Source of the DNA: Camelus ferus
Lineage: Eukaryota
DNA length: 64,000 nt
Direction: 5' to 3'
Assembly: GCF_009834535.1 (NCBI RefSeq)
Contig: NC_045696.1
Location: 55,368,001 to 55,432,000, forward strand
Numbering within the stretch: the stretch's first letter is position 1; every line of letters begins with the position of its first letter. Position numbers and translations under genes: made by a program. Shown in pieces: positions 26,100 to 37,283 of this stretch. The notes under the pieces were generated by a model. It searched no databases and was not told the DNA's origin. It saw nothing but the letters and a program-made list of their open reading frames with translations.

Positions 26100-28080
26100 A
26101 ACTGCACACTCTAAGAATTCAACTGAGACCTCAGAAAAGCCAAAAATGAGTTACCTTATTCTAGTCATACAGTAAAGCCTACTATAGACCTATCCTAATA
26201 CAGCTTATAAATATGCCCTGAAACCATCACACTGACCCTCCATTAAATTAACTTCCTGACAGAACAAAACTCAACACCCTTTAAAAGTAGAAGACAATGA
26301 AAGTCAAGCTTTAAAAAAAAAGTAACTAAAATGTCTAGTATACAATCAAAAATTACCAGACATGAGAAGAAAATGTGATCCATAAAAAAAAATCAATAGA
26401 AAGAGATCCAGAGATGACAGAGATGTAGCAATTAGCAAACAACTACTTTAAATAACTAGTATAATATGTTTAAGGATTTAAGAGAAAAGAAAGACATAAT
26501 GAATGAAGAGATAAACAATCTCAAGAGATAAGCAGACCTTCCAGAAAAGAACCAAATAGAAATTACGTAACTTAAAACTGGTAACTGAATTGAAATAAAA
26601 AATGCTCTAGATGGACATAACAGCAGACTTGACACTGAAGAAAAAATCATCAGTGAACGTAAAGACAGGAAAATAGAAACTATCCAAACAGAAGCACAGC
26701 CAGTGGGGTTAGAGGATGGGGTAGAGGGGGTAGAAAAATGAATAGAACTTCAGAGGATACTGGGTAATATCAAAGAGTATAATGAAAATATGTTGGATTT
26801 CTAGTGGGAGAGGAGAGAGATGTTACAGCAAAATAATAGTAACAAAACACAATGATGAAAAAGAGATATGTGAAAAAATAATAGTTGAAAATTTTCCAAG
26901 CTTAATGAAAAATATCAACCCACAGATAGGGGAAGCTCAACACACCACAATTCAAACAAACCAAAGAAAATGACACATACAATTATCATAGTCAAATTTC
27001 TGGAAATTAAGGATGAAAAGAAATGCAGCCATATAAAAAATACCCCAAAATGCTAAGAATAATCACTGATGTCTCATTACAAACAGTGCAAGCCAGAAGC
27101 TAATGAAATGATATATTAAAAATTCTGAAAGAAAAATAAACATTATCAATCTAGAATTCTATATATAGTGAAAATATTCTTCATAAGTGAAAGCAAAACA
27201 AAGACATTTTCAGATAAATAAAAACTGAGATAACTCATTATCAGCAGACCTGCCCAACAAGCAATTTTTAAGGACATTCTTTGAACTGATGGAAAATTAT
27301 GAAAATTATAAATATTCATGAAAGACACTTAAATAGATATAAATAAATGGAAATATACTACACACTGCAAAAAGAATACTCAACATCATAAAGACCTTAA
27401 TTCTGAGTTAACTTATATTTATTTCAACCCTAACAAAAATACTAATAGAATTGTTTTTTATAGGTAGACAATTTAATTAAAAAGTCCATTTGGAAGAAGA
27501 AACAGGAAAAAACAGCCAGAAAAGTCCTGATAAAAGAAGAGTAAAGGGAGACAGACTAACCTATAAGATATTAGAGTACAGTATAATCCTTTAAAATTAA
27601 AGTAGTATAATACTGACATATGAGTAGACAGAATAGAAAGTCTAGAAATAAGTTCAAGTGCATATGATAATTTGATTCATGAAAAAATGGCATCTCAAAT
27701 CATAGGGGAAAAGACGGCTTTTTAATACTGAGATAACTAGATAGCCATTTGGAAAACAAAATAAAATTAAATCTACCCTGACACTATTCACCAAGGTAAT
27801 CTGCAAACTGATTAGAGATTTAGATATAAAAAATTAATCCATACAAGAACAAAAAGAAAAATAGGTATATTCTTTTTAACTTAGAAAGAAGGAAAAGCTT
27901 CCTACACAACTTAACTTTCAGAAGCAAGAAAGAGAAAGCTTGCTCTATTTGATGAAATAAAATACTAAAAAAGAAAAGAAGGGGGAAAAGCTTTTACATT
28001 AAAAAAAATAAAAACTAAAATACAAGTGAACACATTGGTGGAAATGCAACATATATACATGGGCTAACCACTCCTCAAAA
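26100..28080 (+). mobile_element. Old L1 ORF1 and ORF2 fragments
   Basis: A-rich strand with ORF1 remnant (IIVENFPSLMKNINPQI) and ORF2-like text after about 27320. Confidence 0.75.
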
Positions 28081-30054
28081 GTAAGGAGAGATCTGAACTC
28101 TGTAAAAGTGTGGGATACTTTAGTTCTGTGAACAGGTTCTGATGCCATGCTGCTCCTACTACCATGATATCCACAAGTAGCTAAAGGTCAGGTGGGTCTC
28201 TGGGGTTGCTGTGGCCACAAGGTAAAGGCAGAGCCACCTGGCCTATAGAATCTCAGGACGGAAGTGTCTTCAGGGGCATGAGCCACAATTCAGACACCCA
28301 GAACTGACTCTCTCCCTCCTAAGAAGACGTGGCACTTGGAGTGTAACCCTGGGGACTATCAACCTTGGATCTCTGAACACAGGGACAGTTATGTCACCCA
28401 CCACTAGAGCTAAATGAAATTAACCTTGCAAAGAAATACCCTCCACTCCAAAGGATTGGGCTTTCAACTCTATGCCAGGAAGAGTCACAAACAACAACAG
28501 CAGATCCAGACACAGGACTGGGCAGCTACACACACACACACCCCTCCCCACCAGGCACCAATGATTCCCTCAACTTCCCTTCAAACCAATCTCTAACCTC
28601 TTGTCTCTTCTACCTGCGGGCCAAGCTCACCAGTGGCTTTCAGTCTCCTGGACACAAAGCCCCCACACAAGATGCCTCCTGCTCTGGTCATCCTACTGCA
28701 AAACATGCTTTGCCTGCATTGCTCAGGGATCAGCACGAGGAGGGGAAGACGCCAGTCTTCCGGGCTGTAAGAGTCACTTCTTACAGGTGCTGCCTAAGGG
28801 CTCGTGGCCCTCAACGTGCTGCTCTCCTGCTGACTGCCCACTACCTCTTCTCTCCCTGCCTTTGATAAGGTAGCTGTGTCTACCCACCCCAGAAGGTCAC
28901 TGGTCTGGAGATACTGAGCTCCGCAAAACTGGCCCAGATCTGCCCTGCTTTCTAAGTGGGTCAGGCAAGATTTTGAAGGTATCTGAACTTAAATGGCAAT
29001 TCAATTTTCATTAGTCCTCAGCCCCTTCATTGTCTCTCCTCTGCTGATAGCAAAAAGGCCAGCTCTTCTGACTGTGAACCCCTAGTCAGCTCCTGCTTCT
29101 CCTCCTGGAACACCCCTAACTGATATGTCAACAGGTGGAATGTGACTCTGCTCTGCTACACTCTTCACTGGCGGGCTGATGAGTGCACTGGGAACTGACC
29201 ACGTCTCAACTGCATCTGCTTAGGAGCACCCAGTGGGAGGAGTCCTCTAGCCGGCTTTCTGCCAGCTCCATCACACCAGCGGTGATGCGAACGAACCTCT
29301 GGTCCCCAAACCAGACCTCAGCCTTTGGTTCAACTCTGTCCATCTCAGGGGCAAGGACCAAGAGTCACATTTCTCCCAACACCCTTGACTGGGAAAACTC
29401 AACCTTGCATTAAAATTTTCAACAGTGATAAATCAGAAGGCAGCGTAATAAAGGTTCTCTGCTACAGCAAGTCCCTTTGGGTATATTAGCACACCTGAAG
29501 CTCACCTGTGTGAGCAGTGTTCGGTCTTTCTGGTACTCCCCTCAGTCAACGCTCGTACGTCCACAGCCCACAGCCCCGGCTGTCTCCCTCGGCACCACTT
29601 TCTCTACATCTCCTAGCTATCACAAGCCAGAGAAAGGTATGGACAACTTTTAAAAATGAAACAAAGTCCCTGCCAGTTGAAACACTAGAACCCAGTCCTG
29701 CCAGGGGTCCTCCCTTTTCCCGACAGGGTTCTTCAGTGGGTCATAATACCTGAGAGTAATTACAAGTTCATCTTTATGGTCAGAGGGCAAATGTCTCCTC
29801 TGATCCTCTTAGAGCTGGAGTTACTATTTTCTTCTTGTCTGTTACATGGCAGGTGACGGGAGGACCAGACTATCACTGACATAGGTGGGTCTCTTCCCCT
29901 GGATCAGCCCATCCCACCTCATCCTCACCACACTGCCAACATCCCTCCTCCCTGGTGCCTTACTGACCTCTCCCATGCCCACCATTCCTGCTGCTGAGGC
30001 AGGAGAGGACTTTCTCAACACTAATGCTCCAACATTCTAACTTGCTCCTTTTCA

Positions 30055-30858
30055 TGTACTGAATGGTGTTCCTCCAAAATATATACACTGAAGCCCTTAC
30101 CCCCAATATGGCTATATTTGAAGATAGGGCTTTTAGGAGGTAATTAAGGCTAAATGAGGTCATAAGAACCCTAAGAGTGGATCTTAATCTGATAGGACTG
30201 GGGTCCCTAGAAGAAAAGGAAGAAAAATACCATATGATACTACTTACATGTGGAATATCAAAAAAAAAAAAGACACAAATGAACTTATTTACAAAACAGA
30301 AACAGACTCACAGACATAGAAAACAAACATGGTTACCAGAGGGGGAAGGGAGTTGGAAGGGATAAATTGGGAGTTGAGATTTGGAGATACTAACTACTAT
30401 ATACAAAACAGATAAACAACAAGTTTCCACTCTATAGCACGGGAAAGTATATTCAATATCTTGTAGTAACCTATAATGAAGAAGAATATTAAAAGGAAAT
30501 ATGTAGGTACATGTATGACTGAAACATTATGCTGTACACCAGAAATTGACACATTGTAAACTGACTATATACGTCAACTAAAAAAAAAAAATAAACAAAA
30601 TGCAACAAATTTCCAGTTTAAAAAATAAGAAGAGGAAGAAACACCAGAACTTTCTCTCCCCCTACCCCCTCCACCATATGAGGACACAGCGAGAAGGCAG
30701 CTGCTTGCAATCCAGGAAGAGAGACCTCATCAGAAACTAACCATGCTGGCACCTTGATCTTGGACTTCTGGCCTCCGCAACTGTGAGAAAATAAATTTCT
30801 GTTGTTTAAGCTACCTATCAGCGGTATTTTGTTACAGCAGCTCGAGCTGACTAATACT
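30055..30858 (+). mobile_element. MaLR solo LTR (MLT1A/B-like) interrupted by an L1 fragment
   Basis: tgtactgaatggtgttcctccaaaat...ggctatatttgaagatagggc... and gctggcaccttgatcttggacttctggcctcc...aataaatttctgttgtttaagc...gactaatac. Confidence 0.88.
30226..30626 (+). mobile_element. Young L1 3' UTR fragment inserted into the MLT1 LTR
   Basis: L1 3' UTR and A-tail; TSD aagaa(a/g)aggaagaaa at 30211-30225 and 30627-30641. Confidence 0.85.
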
Positions 30859-31604
30859 GTCCCAAACAGGATGGACTTGCCTTGTCACTTGCTTCTAGTG
30901 CACTGTTATGTTTGTGGCCCTCTACGCTCAGTGTCTTACAGTCCCTCCTACAGGACACTGAGAGAGCTACCTCAATGGGGACTAAGTCTGAGGCAGTAGG
31001 AGAGGAGCATCAAATGTTGTACCTGAAACTGTCCACTGCACCCTGCCCGCCAGCCTTGACCAGAGTCTCAGCTGTCACTTTTCTGATGCTTCTTGACTAC
31101 TTTCCTCAGAAGACCCATTTAGTCACCACCCAGAAAGGGCCCTAGTTCTTGTCTTGAACTTCTGGGCATCCTTCCTGGGAAGACAGTGTTAGACTCTGCA
31201 GAAGCCTCATTCCATAGTGATGGCTTTTCTCTTTTAAAGGTCTCCTTCCCTGTTTGTCTCTGTGTTTCTTACTCTACCCTTCCTTGTCTCATTTGTAAAA
31301 TCTCTCTTCATTATTCTCTCTCTGCCTCATTCTTGAGGTCAGTCTTAGTCTCTTACTCCCTATAATTCCCTTTCTGCTCTTTTCCTTTCTTTCACCCTTA
31401 ATAGTTAAGTATGTTTTTTTTAACTATTTTTAACTTAATGAATAATATTTGTTCTCAAGGATTAATCTGATAGGTAAATGAGTCAAGTGGTATATGTCTC
31501 TTCCTGTATGAAAACAAATAAGTAAATGAAAACCAAATTAACATAAATTCTCTAATCCTGGACTATTCTTCACAGGGTGCACTACTAACCAACATCTGTT
31601 GGTA

Positions 31605-31618
31605 CCACAAGGGGGCAA
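31605..31618 (+). promoter_or_regulatory. CTCF core motif
   Basis: CCACAAGGGGGCAA in apparently non-repetitive sequence. Confidence 0.5.
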
Positions 31619-32209
31619 TGCAATCGAGCAGATCACTTAACCCAAGCAGTTACAATACCACGAGTCAGAGGAGATGGCCAGGGGCTCTCTCCTCCAGAAA
31701 GGGAGGGCCAGAATGCAGCAACTGCTTGTTCCTGCCACCTGGGAAGAACTGTGACAGGCAAAGAGCACAGAGAAAGATTCAACAAGCTTTCTAAACTAAT
31801 CAGTTTTCATATCTTTGAACTGAGTTCATACCCAACTATAGGAACTTAAAAGTTCATTCTGGCTCAAAAGTCTCTTTTGCTGAAAATCAAGAAGTAGGCA
31901 AGGGTGGTGTGATCAAGAATGACTTCAAATCTTTGAATACAGTTAACCAGAAAGACCTGGCAATTCGACTATAAACAGGCTGATTTTGTGGTAGGGAATG
32001 GCCAAAGAGAAATATTTAGCTAACATCTATAAATGTGTGCCTAGTGCTCAAAAGAGAAATGAGGAAAAGAGATGTAATTTCGGAGCTCCCGAAAGCCACA
32101 TACGTGGAGAGCTTAACATTCTATGGTCTCTATCCTGCTGATTTATGCAGGACTCTGCCTGGTGGCACTGCTGTGTCTCCCTATTCTCCCAAGCTGGGAT
32201 CCAATATGT

Positions 32210-32265
32210 GCCTGTCCTAACTCTCATCTGCAAGCAACAAAAACTCAACTCACATAAGAATAAGT

Positions 32266-32296
<31 letters not shown>

Positions 32297-33110
32297 TTTA
32301 CTGGCTACTTTAATTAAGGAGTCTAGAGAAGTGCTAAGCAACAGATATGTAATGTGAGACATAATTTAAAAATTGTTAATAAACACATTTTGAAAGTTAA
32401 ACGACCCAGGTGAAATTCATTTTAATTTATTTTATTAATCCAACATATCTACAATTATTCTATATCAACATGCAATCAGAAAGTTAAAATTATTGAGACA
32501 TTTTACTCTTTTTTTTTAAACACACAAAGTCTTCAAAATCTGATGTGTATCTTACATCTCCAGGACATTTCAAACTGGACTAGCCATAGTTCAAGTGCTC
32601 ACTAGCCACATATGCTAGTGGCTACAGTGTTAGATAGTAGGCCTAAGAGCTAGACCTCCAGGTATGGCTGGATCCAGGCATTCAATAGTGCGGTTTGGCT
32701 TCTCTCTCAGTTTTGCTTTTCTTTGCCTATTTGGCTCATCCTCTCCAAAATGAGAGATACTTTCATTTGGCCAGGCAAGATGGCCCGCAAATAGTTCCAA
32801 CTAATATTGTGCTCCTAGCTCATGGTCTCAGAGGAAAAGGCAACATCATTTTGATAGCACTGATTGGTCCCGCTGATATCACCTAATCCATTAACCAATC
32901 ACTGAGGCCAGGGGAATAAAGCCAACTCCTACCCACTTACATTGTCTTCAATAGCTCTGTTAAATAAGGCTCTGACTGCCCAAGCCTGGTCACATGCTCC
33001 TTTCTGGAGCTAGGGGTGCAGTGCAGGGGCTGATCAGCCCCACATGAACCACACAGAATCAAGGAAGACAGGTCCCCAAAGAAATGGATGTAGCACAGAT
33101 CATATATACC
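32210..33110. mobile_element. Old MaLR LTR (MLT1J/K-like), interrupted by MER33
   Basis: tgcaagcaacaaaaactcaactc...aaatttactggct / caggtatggctggatccaggc...ccaatcactgaggccagggga...ggtcacatgctcc. Confidence 0.55.
32330..32642. mobile_element. MER33/MER3-like hAT-Charlie element
   Basis: aaagtcttcaaaatctgatgtgtat...ggactagccatagttcaagtgctcactagccacatatgctagtggctacagtgttagatag. Confidence 0.8.
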
Positions 33111-33594
33111 CATTCAACTACTACTTGTGGGCTTAAACTGCTTGAAACTCTGGACTCAGTGATGACAAAAGGAAATCAGGTATTAATAGCTGACTCGACT
33201 ACCCATTCCTCTTCTTCTACTTACACCGTAATCATTGTATCAGGAAGCTAAATTCCCACTGGATTCCCGCTCCTGCTCTGCGTCCTTTTAAGCAGCTTTT
33301 CAACACCTGTGACTGAATCTCTCCCATGGTAAACTGCATGAGGTTCCTCTGAGAACCTAGCCAATCCTGGACAGCCCTTGGACCTTAGGTTTAATTCTGA
33401 TGGCTTACCTGTCCTTTCTCCCTTGTGGACTGGTGCTCGAATCTGGAGCGCACCTTTGCACTGGTGCTCAGAACCAGCACTCTCAGCCACAGCTTTTTCA
33501 TGCAACTCTCCTTGCCCTTGAGAGACAACGTCACTCCTCATGACTCCCTTCTGACTCTGAACAACAGCAGCAATGAAAATAATACCCGGATAGA

Positions 33595-33815
33595 CTGTAC
33601 AGTTATGGAGAACAAGAGCATATACTCTAGAGCCAAACTGCAGCTGGGACTCAAATCCCAGCTCTGCCCCTTAGTGACTCTATGATGTTGAGTGAGTTAT
33701 TTAGCCTTTCTATGCCTCAATTTTCTCATTTTCAAAATTTAGATAAAATGGACCTGTTCACCAGGCTTGTGTTGCAAATTAGCTGTGTAAATACGTGTGA
33801 AATGCTTAGAAGAGT
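33595..33815 (+). mobile_element. MIR SINE
   Basis: ctctagagccaaactgc...tcaaatcccagctctgcccctta...tatgcctcaattttctcatttt. Confidence 0.8.
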
Positions 33816-33827
33816 CTCTCTAAGCGT

Positions 33828-34440
33828 GTATCACTGAGGGTTCAGTCAGGGAAACAGAACCATATGACTGACACCGAACAAGGGTTTTATTACCGGGATT
33901 CTCTTCCACAGTTGCGGGTAAATCTGGGTAAGTAAAGGCCTGCAAGGGAAAAACTGGAGAGAAAAAATCATCAGGAACCACATAGGAAAGCTGACGAAAA
34001 CTGCAGCTGAGAAGGTTGTCTCTACATCTGCTGCTGGCCTGAGGGACTAGGTCAGAAAGGCCGGCAGATGGGGAACAAACTTGGGACCAAAGCAGAGGAA
34101 AGCAAGGTTAAACTGGAACCCACGACTGCCTTTCACCGCCTTTAACCACACACCGCTGGTGACCCAAAAAACAAGCAGGTGCCCTCCCTGAGCGCCACAT
34201 GCCTACCAGGACCAGGAGAAGCTGAAGGAGAACTGGTGGAAGCAGGAGGCGCCGCAGGTCCAGTTGCCGCTCGACTCCAATAAAGTCAAAACAGCGCAAA
34301 ACACCACGGCCTGCGCCCCACACCAACTTTCCCCACACCGCGCTGCCGCGTCACTTCCGCCTCCCAAATCTCGCGTGGCTTTCAGAACCAGGCACGAAAG
34401 GAATCCTGGGAGAGATGGTCCCAGCTGAGCTCAATAGTCC
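33828..34440 (-). mobile_element. Ancient ERVL solo LTR, LTR33-like
   Basis: Minus strand reads ctcagctgggaccatctctcccaggattcc...gcgagatttgggaggcggaagtg, matching the remembered LTR33 5' region. The other end reads gggttcagtcagggaaacagaacc on +. Confidence 0.6.
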
Positions 34441-35140
34441 CGGTGTAAAGGCAGCGCCTAGTGTTAGCTGGTGGTGGTATTACTGCCGCCGTGTTACGTG
34501 TGGGTTTTGTGTCGTTATCATTTATTATTATACTCCGCGAGAGTGTAAGGTCCGTGAGGATGTCTTAGGAGAATCACTTTATAGTTTAAAAAAGTCATTA
34601 CATATACGTTATTTAAACTGAATAGCAACCCAGTTGCGTAGGCAAGGGCGGTCTCACGACCCACAGGAAAGTTACAGAGCTGTGAGTCACCTGATTCCAA
34701 GGCCAGGGCAGCCCACTCAGCCTCAAGCCTCTCACGCCACACGGTGGCAGCACAGTGCACGGTGTGGGCGTCCGACGGTGTTTATTAACTCCCTTTTATT
34801 TCCCAGGTGTACAACAGTTAAGCAGGAACGTGGTATTCAGTGCCACGGTGAGACTGGTTTCCATGGGAGGTTTATGGGATCAGTGTTATTACTAACCCAT
34901 TACACCTCAGACGCCCGAGGCGAGATGTGTTGAATTTTTAAAAGCTGCAGTTCCTCCAATTTGCAGCAAGTGTCACCCAAGAGCTACCGAACAAGCAATG
35001 CGTGAAACCTAAAGTTATCGAGAGAGAACCAGTGTAATGCACAGCACGAAATGCAGGACACCGCCTATTGACCTAGACAAAACAATACAAAACAAAAGCA
35101 AGAAAAGAAAAAACCATTGCACCATTTCGCATTGCGTTGC
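34100..35140. promoter_or_regulatory. Orphan CpG-rich, promoter-like region
   Basis: About 40 CpGs in ~800 bp (34120-34930, manual count) against a CpG-depleted background. Contains CGTCACTTCCGC (34349-34360) and TCTCGCG (34369-34375). Confidence 0.6.
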
Positions 35141-35575
35141 AGATAACAGCTTTTTAGAAGATTTTCTCTCCCTATACTACCCTTCCTTGACCAGCAATCA
35201 GGAAGTGTCTCTAGGACAACAGTTATGTGCTAAGTGCTGGAGAGTGGCAGAATGTTAAAGTAGATTTTTCAAAAGTAGTCCTTGTTCAGTTATGTTTTGA
35301 TATCCCCAAGTCCTTATGATTGTCATCACTCAGAGTTGGGATCTTCTCTACCAATGCTATGGCTAATAGCACACTGTCCCCTTCGTGCCTTCTTTGCTCT
35401 CTTGATGAATCAACAGTTATAATGAACTTGACTGTCCCTAGATCCGAAGAAGAACCTTGAGCGCTATATAAGATCATGGGAGATAATAATAACTTTACAT
35501 TTGTTTTACCCTTTGTACTTTTCAAAATACTTTTCGTATCTAATCTCATTTGAAATTTATAACTACCATTGTGTA

Positions 35576-35587
<12 letters not shown>

Positions 35588-35647
<60 letters not shown>
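35588..35647 (+). repeat. (TATC)15 microsatellite
   Basis: Perfect tetranucleotide repeat at the 5' edge of an L1 fragment. Confidence 0.97.
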
Positions 35648-35649
<2 letters not shown>

Positions 35650-35654
35650 CTTTA

Positions 35655-36128
35655 TCCAGTCTATACAATAGAATATTATTCAGCCATAAAAAAGAATGAA
35701 ATATTGCCATTTACAGCAATATGGATGGAACTAGAGATTATCATAGTAAGTGAAGTCAAAGACAAATGTCATATGATATCACTTATATGTGGAATTTTTT
35801 AAAAATGATACAAATGAACTTATTTACAAACCAGAAATAAACTCACAGACATAAAGAACAAACTATGGTTACCAAAGTGGAAAGGGGTTGGGGGAAGGGG
35901 TAAACTAGGAGTTCTGGATTAACATATACACCCTACTATATATAAAATAGATAAACAATGAGGAACTACTGTATAACACAAGGAACTATATTCAATATCT
36001 TGTAATAACTTATAATGGAAATGCCTTATAATTGAATCACTTTGCTGTATACCTGAAACTAATACAACACTGTGAATCAACTACACTTCAGTAAAAATTA
36101 AAAAGTAAAAAAGTAAAAACTAAAAAAG
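35655..36128 (+). mobile_element. 5'-truncated L1 3' end
   Basis: tacaatagaatattattcagccataaaaaagaatgaaatattgccattt...ctgtatacctgaaactaatacaacactgtgaatcaactacacttcagtaaaaa. Confidence 0.88.
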
Positions 36129-37117
36129 AATGTTTCCAGAAGCACAGCCAAACCTAGGCCATAAGGAGGTTTAACCAGTGCATCAGAACCGAGGTGAAAG
36201 AGCACTCCCGGGTCCGTGGCGCATCTCGGGCAGATTGTTGGATGACCTCTCCACTGGGAGGCAGGACGGGGCTCCCCGGTGCTTCCCAGTGGGCTAGGGT
36301 GTTACTGTTACCATCCAATCTCTTCAAACAAACTGGGTCCCCATTTGTGTTACTACGTATTAGTCATCATCTAATTATAAACCCTCAAGCCATCTTACTC
36401 TGTCAGAAGTCTCTCTCAAAGTGGGACCCTCTTTTCTATCCCCACTTTCCTGACTCTAGTCCAGTGTCTCAGCATTCCTTACCTGAATCATTGACATAGC
36501 CCCTAACTCATTTCTAAAACTTAGTTTCTCCTCCATTTTGTCTTTCTGTAATATAGGTCTTATCTTATTACTTCACTTTCTGCTTTCAAACCTTTATTCT
36601 TGAAGCAACAGTTCTTATAGAATAAAGACCAAAAACTTAGCAAGGCCTTTAAAGCCATTGAAACCTGGCCCCAAGCTATTTGACTAAGTATCTGCTCTTT
36701 TTCAACAACCACCCATACACAACACTATCTGCTACTCCTCAAATTTAAAAGGCACTTTCAGCACCTCTGGTCCAGTTCCTTTGATTATTCCACTGTGCGT
36801 GGAATGTGGTTTCCTCCCTCACAGAATGCCTGGGAATTCTAATTATTCAGGGCCCAGTTCTCAAAAGTCACCTGAATGGACCACATGTTGTTGCTGGTGG
36901 TATAACTCACTATAATCCTTCTAGATGATAACTTGGCAAAAGATATCAACAGGCTAAACATTAATATATTTGCCCAATTATTTGCCATATCTATATGTTC
37001 TAGGGAAATAAACCCAAGAAATTATCCACAGAAAAATCCATTACAGTATTACTTACAATATTAAAAACCATAAATAACCTAAATGTCCTGCTATTGGAAA
37101 ATGCTTAAAACAGAAGC

Positions 37118-37283
37118 TTTTTACTGTATAGCACAGGCAACTATATTCAATAGCTTGTAGTAACCTATAATAAAAAAGAATATGAAATGAATATATGTAT
37201 GTATGTGTATGATTGAAACATTATGCTGTACACAAGAAACTGACACAACATTGTAAACTGACTATACTGCAATTAAAAAAAAA
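37118..37283 (+). mobile_element. Short young L1 3' UTR fragment nested in an older L1 3' end (about 36860-37620)
   Basis: tactgtatagcacaggcaactatattcaatagcttgtagtaacc...cattgtaaactgactatactgcaattaaaaaaaaa. Confidence 0.82.
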
